Shown: positions 56,060 to 64,000 of the stretch, piece after piece | How the letters are laid out: the number at the start of each line of letters is the position of its first letter | Numbering within the stretch: the stretch's first letter is position 1 | Source: Fimbriimonadia bacterium | GTDB lineage: Bacteria; Armatimonadota; Fimbriimonadia; Fimbriimonadales; JABRVX01 | Assembly: GCA_041483895.1 (NCBI GenBank) | Contig: JBGPGO010000016.1 | Span: 14,952-78,951 of the forward strand | Direction of reading: 5' to 3' | Length of the DNA: 64,000 nucleotides | Program-made: the position numbers and the translations under genes | The notes under the pieces: generated by a model | The model's database searches: none | Seen by the model: the letters and a program-made list of their open reading frames with translations, nothing else | Told to the model about the DNA's origin: nothing

Positions 56060-57424
56060 TTGAAGCACTATCTTGCGGCCGGTGTTGCGATTGTCGCGAT
56101 CTCGTGCAATGCTCAAGTCGATCCTATAGGCCCAATTCTGTCCTCGGCGGCTAATCTAGTGACCAGGCCGTGGACGACGGTTGCGCTGGGCACCGCAGGC
56201 GAATGCTCTGTTTCGACGGACAATCAGGGCCATGTCTATGTGACCGGGCACATGTACCAGGGAACATACAACGGCGTAATTTTCGCGTCCTCGGACTGGG
56301 GATCGACGTTTCCGATCAGCCATCAATTTGGGAGCGCCTGCTGCGATTTCCAGAACCGTGTTGGTCCGGATGGGAGCGTCTACGTGATGTACATGGGCGG
56401 CCCCCCCAGCGGGATACGATGCGCGGTTTCCAGCGACTATGGAGCTTCGTTCTACCAGGACAAGTCGATCCTTTTAGGCGACTACGACCGCGAGTGGTTC
56501 GATTTCCGGGGCAGCCAGATTGACGTGGTTTACTCGGACGGCTACATCGGCGGACCGCCGTCAATCGGCGTGTACTATTCGACGAGTGTCGACAACGGCA
56601 ACTCGTTCACGGGCAAAGTTCGTGTCGATAATGAGGTCACCGGAACGCAAGCAGTCGATCCGACTCTAATTTGCAACAACGGCATTATTCTGATCGGATG
56701 GAACACTTCAACGGACAGCAATACCGTATCGTCAGCGCGCGTTTCCCGTTCCGTCAATGGCGGCCTGAGCTTCCAAGACCACACGACGATCATAAACTTC
56801 GCTTCCGGCATTGGGAGTAGGCAGGAGCGATGGCTGGCGCAGATTCCCATGGTGGGCGCGCCGAACAACGTTTTCTATATAATCTATCAAAACTATGCGA
56901 TCGTGAACGTCGACAGAATTGATCGGAAGGCGCTGCTTCTCTACTATCGCCGGTCCGCCGACGGCGGAGCGACCTGGGAACCGGCTAAGACGGTTGCGCC
57001 GCGCAGCGACATCGAAAACTCCATCCGGAGTTTTGAGAAACACAAATTGACGACCGATGCGGCCATCTTTCCCTATTACATTCAGCATGAGCCGTGGGCC
57101 TGTGTGGACTTGGACGGCAACGTGCACGTTGTCTGGTTCGACACCCGCCAAGGTCAAAACTCCGTCCAAAACAGGAACACGAAGTGGCAAGTCTTTCACG
57201 CGCAGTGCTCATCCGACGAGGATGTATGGACCTATCCGGAGCCGGTTGCCGCCCCGTTCGTCTGCGTGACGCCTGATTTGGATTTTATCGGCTGCGCGGC
57301 GGACAGCAAGTATGTCTATTGCGCCTGGATTCGGCGGATCGATCCGAGCGATCGGTCATGGTCGTTTTACGGCAACATGTTCCTCAGCAGGAGGCCGATC
57401 AACGCCGTTTCGAAAGTTCCCTAG
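56060..57424 (+). CDS. Exported BNR/Asp-box beta-propeller, paralog 2
   Basis: Colinear and highly similar to 54623-55990. Confidence 0.8.
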   Translation: MKHYLAAGVAIVAISCNAQVDPIGPILSSAANLVTRPWTTVALGTAGECSVSTDNQGHVYVTGHMYQGTYNGVIFASSDWGSTFPISHQFGSACCDFQNRVGPDGSVYVMYMGGPPSGIRCAVSSDYGASFYQDKSILLGDYDREWFDFRGSQIDVVYSDGYIGGPPSIGVYYSTSVDNGNSFTGKVRVDNEVTGTQAVDPTLICNNGIILIGWNTSTDSNTVSSARVSRSVNGGLSFQDHTTIINFASGIGSRQERWLAQIPMVGAPNNVFYIIYQNYAIVNVDRIDRKALLLYYRRSADGGATWEPAKTVAPRSDIENSIRSFEKHKLTTDAAIFPYYIQHEPWACVDLDGNVHVVWFDTRQGQNSVQNRNTKWQVFHAQCSSDEDVWTYPEPVAAPFVCVTPDLDFIGCAADSKYVYCAWIRRIDPSDRSWSFYGNMFLSRRPINAVSKVP

Positions 57425-58590
57425 GCGACGCGGATTTGCGGCGTCGGCAGCTCTTCCACATCCAAGCCGGGGAGGGTTACGGCCACCAGTTCACCGCCGT
57501 CGGGGTTGGCGGAGACTTCTATCTCCCCATGCAGATCGCGGACGATGGAGTCCGCTATTTCCAGCCCGCGCCGTGTTGCAATGTCAGGCTGGGAAGCGCG
57601 CCGGCCCCTCGCTCCGAAGATCGCGCAAGCCCGTGAAGGTCTGTTCCCTAGCCGCTCGGTTCGGACAGTGACCTCGCCACCGGGACCGGCGGAGGCTGCC
57701 GCGGACAGCATAAGACTGGTGAACACCTGCTGCAGAGAGGAGGCAGGACCGAGGACCATCGGCAGGTCTTCCGCCAACTCGACGCCAAGTTCCGTGCCCT
57801 GGGCGGCAACGGCAGGTTCAATCAGCGTAAGTGTGTCCCGCAGCACGTCGTTGATGTTCTGCGCCCGCGAATGGCCGGCATCCGCTTTTGTGTACCGCAA
57901 CAGGGCATCTACCGTGTTCTGGCATTCACGCGCGGCGTGATCGACGCGGCGCAGCGCATGGAGCATTCGCTGCTGGTCGCTCGGCTCCATCTCTCCGGCC
58001 TCCGAACTGCCCAGCTTCGTGTTGAGATAGGAGGCAAGCTCGATGACGGACTGCAGCGGGGCGTTGATCTGTTTGGCGACCGTGTCGGCGATCTGCCCGA
58101 CCGAGACCATCTTGCCGGTCTCGACAAGCTCCTTCGCATTCTCGCGCAGTTCATCGAACGCCGCATCCAGTTCCGATTTGAGCCGCAGGTTCTCCGCGCA
58201 GAGGTTCCGTCGCTCCAGGGCCCGGTTCACGGCGAGAGAGGCTTCTTGGATATCCGCGAGCGGCTTTGTGAGATAGTCGAACAGGTTGCCCGCCCGGACA
58301 GCGGCAAGAACATTCTCCAAGGAGCCGTGAGCGGTGAGAACGATCACCTCTGTCCGTGGCCACCGGTGTTTTGCGGCCCGGAGCACGTCCAGGCCGTCGG
58401 CGCCGGGCATGCTCATGTCGGAAAGGATGACCGAGAACTCTTCCTGTTCCAGCGACGCGATGGCTTCCAACCCGTCCGCGGCAAGACAGATTTCGTGTCC
58501 GCTCATTTGAAGCTGCCTACCTAGCAATAATCGCAGGTTCTGTTCATCGTCCACGACGAGGATGCGAAGTGGTTTGTCGCTATTGATCAT
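57421..58590 (-). CDS. Receiver domain fused to a degenerate histidine kinase
   Basis: VVDDE, SDMSMPG, TAHG, TKP intact; H-box reads VAKQINAPL. Confidence 0.85.
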   Translation of the reverse strand: MINSDKPLRILVVDDEQNLRLLLGRQLQMSGHEICLAADGLEAIASLEQEEFSVILSDMSMPGADGLDVLRAAKHRWPRTEVIVLTAHGSLENVLAAVRAGNLFDYLTKPLADIQEASLAVNRALERRNLCAENLRLKSELDAAFDELRENAKELVETGKMVSVGQIADTVAKQINAPLQSVIELASYLNTKLGSSEAGEMEPSDQQRMLHALRRVDHAARECQNTVDALLRYTKADAGHSRAQNINDVLRDTLTLIEPAVAAQGTELGVELAEDLPMVLGPASSLQQVFTSLMLSAAASAGPGGEVTVRTERLGNRPSRACAIFGARGRRASQPDIATRRGLEIADSIVRDLHGEIEVSANPDGGELVAVTLPGLDVEELPTPQIRVA

Positions 58591-58617
58591 ACGTCACCAA
58601 AATCCATTCTCGGCGGA

Positions 58618-59304
58618 GTGCTAGACTCCAAGCAGATGGCAGATGTCAGCGAGAGGCTATTTCGTTGGTCGGAGCGGCTCCGGGCGATCGCCCAGACCGG
58701 CTTGGCCTTTGAACCCCACCAATACGACCAGGAGCGATACCGCGAGGCATTGGAGCTGGCGGCGGAGATGCAGGCGGCTTCCATCGGCGATGACGCAGGC
58801 GAATTGTCTGCGGAGTGGCTTTCCCGAATTCAGCGAGGCATGAGGGGCTACGTGACCCCGCAGACCAGCATCATCGCCATCGTGCTCAACGAGAATCGGG
58901 AGCTTCTCCTACTGCAGCGGCCGGATTCCAAGGGCTGGTTCCCCCCAGCCGGCTGGGCGGATGTAGGGCGAACCGGGGCGGAAGTGGCGGCCAAGGAGGT
59001 GGCGGAGGAGACGGGGTATTGGGTCCGGCCCACGTCGTTCCTCGGCTGCTACGATAGTCTGATCAACGGGATGTCGCCGATTCACTTCTTCTGCCTATTC
59101 TGGGGCTGCAGATTGGAGGGCGGGTCCTTGCGAAGGAATGAGCTGGAGGCCCTGGATATCGGCTGGTTTCCCCAGGATCGGCTTCCGGCCCCTCTGCATG
59201 GGGGCGATTGGTGGGTTCCGATGGCGTATGGCTGGGATGCGAACTCGCCAAATCCTATGTTCGATGAATTGGGCGAAGACACTCTGAAGGAGCTATGGAA
59301 ATGA
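58618..59304 (+). CDS. NUDIX hydrolase with N-terminal helical domain
   Basis: AIAQTGLAF...YDQERY, GYVTP, GWADVG...AAKEVAEETG. Confidence 0.9.
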   Translation: MLDSKQMADVSERLFRWSERLRAIAQTGLAFEPHQYDQERYREALELAAEMQAASIGDDAGELSAEWLSRIQRGMRGYVTPQTSIIAIVLNENRELLLLQRPDSKGWFPPAGWADVGRTGAEVAAKEVAEETGYWVRPTSFLGCYDSLINGMSPIHFFCLFWGCRLEGGSLRRNELEALDIGWFPQDRLPAPLHGGDWWVPMAYGWDANSPNPMFDELGEDTLKELWK

Positions 59305-59720
59305 GCGATGTGACAACGATCCGTTGGGTCGGCGGTATGAAGTTCACCGCAAAGGACGATTGGGGCAATGAGATGTTCGCTGATTCGGGTAAAGAGCACG
59401 GAGGCGAGGAGAGCGCGCCTTCGCCGGTGGACTACCTCTATTTCGCTTCCGGCGCCTGTACGGGTATGGATGTGGTGAGCCTGCTACACAAAATGCGGCA
59501 GGAATTGACGGACTACCGCATCGAGATCATTGCGGACCGGCGCGACGAGTTCCCCCGTGCCGTCGAGAGGCTAAAGGTCGTTCATCACGTTAAGGGCAAT
59601 AACTTGGATCGTGAGTTGGTGGAAAAGGCGGTCCGGCTGTCGGATGAAAAGTACTGCACGGTCCTGGCCAGCCTGCGAATCAACGTGAATGTCGAATCCG
59701 AGCTTCAAATAAAGGAATAA
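59301..59720 (+). CDS. OsmC family protein
   Basis: PSP, GACTGMDV, LSDEKYCTV. Confidence 0.9.
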   Translation: MSDVTTIRWVGGMKFTAKDDWGNEMFADSGKEHGGEESAPSPVDYLYFASGACTGMDVVSLLHKMRQELTDYRIEIIADRRDEFPRAVERLKVVHHVKGNNLDRELVEKAVRLSDEKYCTVLASLRINVNVESELQIKE

Positions 59721-59745
59721 GGGCGGCAAGGGTTCTTGCCGCCCT
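59720..59745. terminator. Hairpin between convergent genes
   Basis: 11-bp stem AGGGCGGCAAG/CTTGCCGCCCT. Confidence 0.65.
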
Positions 59746-59771
59746 ATTTCGAACCGATGAAACGGCGAGAA

Positions 59772-59900
59772 CTACTTGGTTGGAGTCTCGGTAGTCGCCG
59801 GCGGCGTCTCTTCCTTCTTTTCGCCGCTGCAGCCCACTACGGCAATGAGTGCCGAACCGAGAACCAGGACTGCCAGAGCCTGGGCAATAATCTTCTTCAT
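59772..59900 (-). CDS. 42-aa lipoprotein (below ORF-track cutoff)
   Basis: MKKIIAQALAVLVLGSALIAVVGCSGEKKEETPPATTETPTK; lipobox VVGC; GGAGG upstream. Confidence 0.75.
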   Translation of the reverse strand: MKKIIAQALAVLVLGSALIAVVGCSGEKKEETPPATTETPTK

Positions 59901-60025
59901 CTCTTTTCCCTCCATAGTTCAGCGGCGCGGCTCAAAAGGACCCCGCCCTGAGATCTCTCTAATAGACTACTCGTAATACAGCCGAGATTCCTACCGGGTT
60001 GCCGCAAAAACATCAGAATCGTCGA

Positions 60026-61096
60026 TTACATCATTTTCTTAACGATAGCTTCCGCCATCTCCCAGGTACCCACGGCGGTCGGATCGTTTCTATCCAGCTT
60101 CAAATCGTAGGTCACATCTTTCCCTTCCGCTATGACCGCGGCAACGGCGTTTTCGACACGGTCGGCCGCCTCTTTCTCCCCCAGATGGCGGAGCATGAGG
60201 ACGCCGGACAGGATCACCGCCGTCGGATTCACTTTGTTTTGACCCGTATACTTAGGGGCGGAGCCGTGGGTTGCCTCGAACAAGGCCGCCTGCTCACCGA
60301 TGTTTGCGCCCGGAGCGACGCCGAGGCCGCCGACGAGACCGGCGCACAGGTCAGAGAGAATATCCCCGTACAGGTTCGGGAGAACGAGAACATCGTAGTT
60401 TTCCGGTCGCATAACAAGCTGCATGCACATCGCGTCGACAAGAACTTCCTCGTATTGGACCCGGCCTTCGTAGCCTTTCGCGACCTCGCGGCCGACCGCG
60501 TAGAACAGGCCGTCGGTAAACTTCATAATGTTGGCTTTGGAAACCGCGGTTATCTTCTTGCGATTGTTGGCAACGGCATACTCGAAGGCGTATTTGATTA
60601 ACCGCCGGCTACCCTCTTCCGATATCGGCTTGATGGAGATTGCCGAACCGGGCCGAATCTTGCCCTTCGACATTTCGATGATCTGATTGGCCTCGGGCGT
60701 GTCTCGGTCCCACTCGACCCCGGCATAGAGGTCTTCCGTGTTCTCTCGCACGATAACCAGATTGATGTTTTCATATCGGCTGCGAACGCCTTTATAGCTC
60801 TTGCAGGGCCGGACGCAGGCGTAGAGGCTCAACTCTTGCCGCATGGCGACGTTGATGCTGCGAAATCCCTTGCCGATAGGGGTCGTTATGGGTCCCTTGA
60901 GGGCGATTTTGTTCTTCTTGATTGAATCGAGCGTGGATTGGGGCAGCAGCGTGTCGTAGTCTTTCAGTGCGGCCTCGCCCGCGATCACCTCTTCCCAGAC
61001 CAGGGCCGCTCCGCTGTTGTCCAAGACGTGGCGTGTGGCCTTGCAGATTTCGGGTCCGGTGCCATCTCCAGGGATAATTGAGATTGTGTGAGACAT
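60026..61096 (-). CDS. Isocitrate/isopropylmalate dehydrogenase family, probably NAD-dependent IDH
   Basis: [45 protein letters not shown]. Confidence 0.93.
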   Translation of the reverse strand: MSHTISIIPGDGTGPEICKATRHVLDNSGAALVWEEVIAGEAALKDYDTLLPQSTLDSIKKNKIALKGPITTPIGKGFRSINVAMRQELSLYACVRPCKSYKGVRSRYENINLVIVRENTEDLYAGVEWDRDTPEANQIIEMSKGKIRPGSAISIKPISEEGSRRLIKYAFEYAVANNRKKITAVSKANIMKFTDGLFYAVGREVAKGYEGRVQYEEVLVDAMCMQLVMRPENYDVLVLPNLYGDILSDLCAGLVGGLGVAPGANIGEQAALFEATHGSAPKYTGQNKVNPTAVILSGVLMLRHLGEKEAADRVENAVAAVIAEGKDVTYDLKLDRNDPTAVGTWEMAEAIVKKMM

Positions 61097-61108
61097 TTAC
61101 ATTCCTTT

Positions 61109-62830
61109 CTAGAATGGGTATCCGTTCTCGTCCAGCGTGGCGCGGGCGATCAATCGGTTGAGCGGCAACGTGTCCGTAAGGTCGGTTGTTTCGTACGCCT
61201 CCCGTTTATGCGGGTCAGCGCCAATCGCCATCAGAATGGACGTAGCCAGTCGGAGCGAATCGTCGTAGGCGGTTTGCGTGAATACGGAGGCTACCGCTTG
61301 CGCGACGGCGGTTCCAAGGCGTGTGACCCTGGCGACGACCGATTCCATGCAGTACAGCTTGCATAGCAGATCGGTCATATCCGCCAGCACTTCTTGCGCC
61401 TGAGCCTTATCGGGCGCGGCAAGACATTGGATGGCGCAGTGCAGGGTGAGCATTCGCACGCTGCCGACTCGAACGGATTCCGGATCGTTTGGCGCCGGCT
61501 GTTCCAAGATGGCATCCAACGCCGCAACCAGTTTTGCGCGGCCATCGGGATCGTCAAGAAACGGCTTTAGCCAACGGGCGGAAGCGAATATGCGGTTGAT
61601 TTCATTGGTGCCTTCGTAGATGCGGCTCACGCGGGCGTCGCGCCAATGCCGGGCCACATCGAATTCCTCGGTGAACCCGTAGCCACCATGAACTTGGATC
61701 GCCTCATCGCAGATATATGCCTGCGTTTCGGAGCAAACGATTTTCGTGAGCGAACACTCGATGGCGAATTCCTGAGCGGCGACGGCGTTGTCATCGGCCA
61801 GGCGCGGGCTTTTCGAATCGACCCTGCCAAACGCCTGATCGACGAGGTCCGCGGTTCGGTACAGAATGCTCTCCGAGGCAAAGTAGTCGGTGGTCATCTT
61901 GGCCAACTTGCGCTGGATGAGCGGGAACTCGCCGATGGGCTGGCCGAACTGCTTGCGCTCTTTGGCATAGATGGCGGAAAGGCGAAGAGCTTCCCTCGCC
62001 GAACCCAACGCCATCGCCCCGAGCTTAAAGCGGCCGATGTTGAGGGCATTCAGGGCAACCTTGTGGCCCTTGCCGACTGCGTAGATCACGTTCTCCGCCG
62101 GAATCTTGGCATCGTCCAGCACCAGGCGCGCCGTCGATGAGCCTCGCTGGCCCAGCTTGTGCTCTTCCCGATCGACAGACACGCCAGGGAAACTGCGCTC
62201 AACGATGAACGCGGTGAGCTTGTTGCCTTCGACCTGGGCAAAGACGATGAAGCTTTCGGCCCACTTGGCGTTCGAGATCCACATCTTGGTGCCGTTGAGC
62301 GTGTAATGGCTCCCGTCGGCGGAGAGGACCGCCTTCGTTGCGGCGGCCAGGGCGTCGCTGCCGGACCCGGCCTCGCTGAGCGCATAGGCGCCGATCCACT
62401 CGCCATTGCACAGCTTCGGCAGGTATTTCTCCTTCTGCGCCTTCGTGCCAAAGAGTGAGATGGGAAGCTGGGCTATGCCGCTCTGGACGCCGATGGAGAC
62501 CGCGAACGAGCCGTTGCCGGAGGCCATCTCTTGGATGCGGGCCCCCATTTTCTTGCTCAATCCGAGGCCGCCGTACTCTTCCGGCGCGTCCGGAGCCGCC
62601 AGACCCAAGGCTGCCGCCTTTCGGAGGAGGGTGACCATGAGCCCGTCTTCCTTGCCATCGAGGCGGTCTTGAACGGGGATGACCTCGCCCTGGCTGAACT
62701 TGGCGGCGGTCCCAGCCATGAGGCACTCTTCCGCCGTAAACAGTTCCGGGGAGAAGATGGTGTCGGGGGGAACGGGGCTAAGGACAAAGTCGCCGCCCGA
62801 GGCTTTGTTCGTGCTTGTGGTCGTCGGCAT
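61109..62830 (-). CDS. Acyl-CoA dehydrogenase
   Basis: ALSEAGSGSDA, NGTKMWISN, RKQFG, QVHGGYG, IYEGTNEINR. Confidence 0.95.
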   Translation of the reverse strand: MPTTTSTNKASGGDFVLSPVPPDTIFSPELFTAEECLMAGTAAKFSQGEVIPVQDRLDGKEDGLMVTLLRKAAALGLAAPDAPEEYGGLGLSKKMGARIQEMASGNGSFAVSIGVQSGIAQLPISLFGTKAQKEKYLPKLCNGEWIGAYALSEAGSGSDALAAATKAVLSADGSHYTLNGTKMWISNAKWAESFIVFAQVEGNKLTAFIVERSFPGVSVDREEHKLGQRGSSTARLVLDDAKIPAENVIYAVGKGHKVALNALNIGRFKLGAMALGSAREALRLSAIYAKERKQFGQPIGEFPLIQRKLAKMTTDYFASESILYRTADLVDQAFGRVDSKSPRLADDNAVAAQEFAIECSLTKIVCSETQAYICDEAIQVHGGYGFTEEFDVARHWRDARVSRIYEGTNEINRIFASARWLKPFLDDPDGRAKLVAALDAILEQPAPNDPESVRVGSVRMLTLHCAIQCLAAPDKAQAQEVLADMTDLLCKLYCMESVVARVTRLGTAVAQAVASVFTQTAYDDSLRLATSILMAIGADPHKREAYETTDLTDTLPLNRLIARATLDENGYPF

Positions 62831-62879
62831 ACGGAGCTCCTTTTGCGCTGGCGGATTGTACCGTTTTGGCCCCTACTTG

Positions 62880-62968
62880 TGGAGGGCCCCGTTTGGAGGG
62901 CTCCGTTCCATCGGAGCCGTACGCGCATGCTGTGACGGAGCACAGCCCTCCAGGAACGGAGCCCTCCA
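62880..62968. repeat. Family B repeat cluster upstream of tRNA-Pro
   Basis: TGGAGGGCTCCGTTCCATCGGAGCC at 62894-62918 is identical to the alaS copy; variant and partial copies adjacent. Confidence 0.9.
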
Positions 62969-63000
62969 AGAGTTCCGAATCAGGTATCCTATCGGGCCGT

Positions 63001-63077
63001 CGGGGTGTGGCTCAGCTTGGTAGAGCGCTGCGTTCGGGACGCAGAGGTCGGAGGTTCAAATCCTCTCACCCCGACCA
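63001..63077 (+). tRNA. tRNA-Pro(CGG)
   Basis: Cloverleaf CGGGGTG/CACCCCG, anticodon arm CTGCG-TTCGGGA-CGCAG, TTCAAAT T-loop, encoded CCA. Confidence 0.97.
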
Positions 63078-63090
63078 TCTTCCGTGTTGC

Positions 63091-63115
63091 GGCTGTGACG
63101 GAGCACAGCCCTCCA
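63091..63115 (-). repeat. Family B variant copy
   Basis: GGCTGTGACGGAGCACAGCCCTCCA, matching the copy at about 62929-62952. Confidence 0.8.
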
Positions 63116-63119
63116 GTTC

Positions 63120-63737
63120 TTACGCCGCAATATCGTCCCAACGAAAACTGAGCCCGAGATCGGCTTTGCGCCAGAGAAGCGCCTGCGGCGGCCGGTGTTT
63201 CCGGAACAGCTTGGTCAGTCCGCACGGAGGAATCGGGTCGGATTCGAATGGGATTCGCAGCATTCCAAAGTCGCTCATCAACTCCGCGTGCCTCGCCTCC
63301 AGTACGATGGGCTGAAACCGTTCCTCCGATTGCGGGGCGCCACAGGCGTACAAGAGGCCCTGCGTGGCCAGATGAGCGCCCGCATCGAGCAGCATTTGGC
63401 CGTCGGCCTTTGAACCAACGATGGAGATGAGCTGATAGTTTTGTCGGCTTACGCCGAAGTATTCGTGCGCTTCGCGAGAGAGGATTCGCAGCCGGGGATG
63501 ATCGCCGTGGCGGTTGACCAGCTCGCGCCTCTCCCAGCCATTGGCGACCAGCGCGTTCATCCGGCAACCGGCGTCCAGCAGCACGTCCACGAAATCGATC
63601 GATCCGATGTGCAGTACCGCCGCCTCTACCATTGGCAGCCACAGATGGGCGCGTATCTCCTCCAAATGCACCGCCCATATCTGTTGGTGGCGGCTTTGAG
63701 GGCTTTCGTGGATAGTGATGGGCTGGGTCTGGTTCAT
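63120..63737 (-). CDS. Hypothetical protein, possibly a degenerate SAM-methyltransferase fold
   Basis: 205-aa ORF with GGAG upstream; VLHIG and alternating alpha/beta pattern. Confidence 0.55.
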   Translation of the reverse strand: MNQTQPITIHESPQSRHQQIWAVHLEEIRAHLWLPMVEAAVLHIGSIDFVDVLLDAGCRMNALVANGWERRELVNRHGDHPRLRILSREAHEYFGVSRQNYQLISIVGSKADGQMLLDAGAHLATQGLLYACGAPQSEERFQPIVLEARHAELMSDFGMLRIPFESDPIPPCGLTKLFRKHRPPQALLWRKADLGLSFRWDDIAA

Positions 63738-64000
63738 CCGATGTCTCCAAGAAACCTATCGGCGAATCGGTGGAATAGCTGGAGTGATTTGTTAAGCTGC
63801 CGAAAGAGCCCCCCCCCCCCCCCCCCCCCCCACCGCGGGGGGGGGGTTTTTTTTTACCCCCCCCCCACCCCCCCCCCCCCACCCGGGGGGGGTGTTTTTT
63901 TTTAAACCCAACCCACCCCCCCAAACGGGGGAGGGGGTGCATATGTCCCCAAAGATTGAGGGTTGCCCGTCAAAGAGAAGAACCCCAGCCCCCACCAGCC

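Noticed and set aside
54623..57424. DGR template/variable pair or assembly duplication
   Set aside because: Differences are spread over the full length and are largely synonymous, not adenine-specific, and the copies are far from identical.
63001..63120. Integration site at tRNA-Pro
   Set aside because: No duplicated tRNA 3' end or integrase was seen in the window; the flanking repeats are family B.
62989..63995. ORFs 62989-63942 and 63792-63995
   Set aside because: They start in the homopolymer tract, and the longer one overlaps the tRNA and a better ORF.

Overview
High-GC bacterial chromosomal window, probably Armatimonadota (inference from PEP-CTERM proteins, a large Alu-type SRP RNA, an MCE protein with a beta-rich C-terminus and LLRPA-tailed membrane proteins). 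Mostly housekeeping genes: priA, larEBC, mutS, yvcK-gmk-coaBC, alaS, pepV, secG, folE-queD, alr, rluD, purBED, dnaB, rplI, mlaDF, an isocitrate/isopropylmalate dehydrogenase, an acyl-CoA dehydrogenase, SRP RNA and tRNA-Pro. Small lower-GC accessory patches lie at about 9-12 kb and 21.7-27.9 kb. No integrase, transposase, reverse transcriptase or cas gene was recognised. The most unusual signal is a set of at least six short repeat families that invade genes: in-frame peptide insertions in AlaS and a lipid kinase, stop codons supplied to three genes, a probable start signal supplied to rluD, and 9-bp arrays flanking and inside a four-helix-bundle gene. alaS also carries an abrupt low-GC internal segment with about 55 extra residues. 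A candidate structured small RNA lies at about 43.93-44.09 kb. All family calls are from motif recognition by eye; no searches were run.
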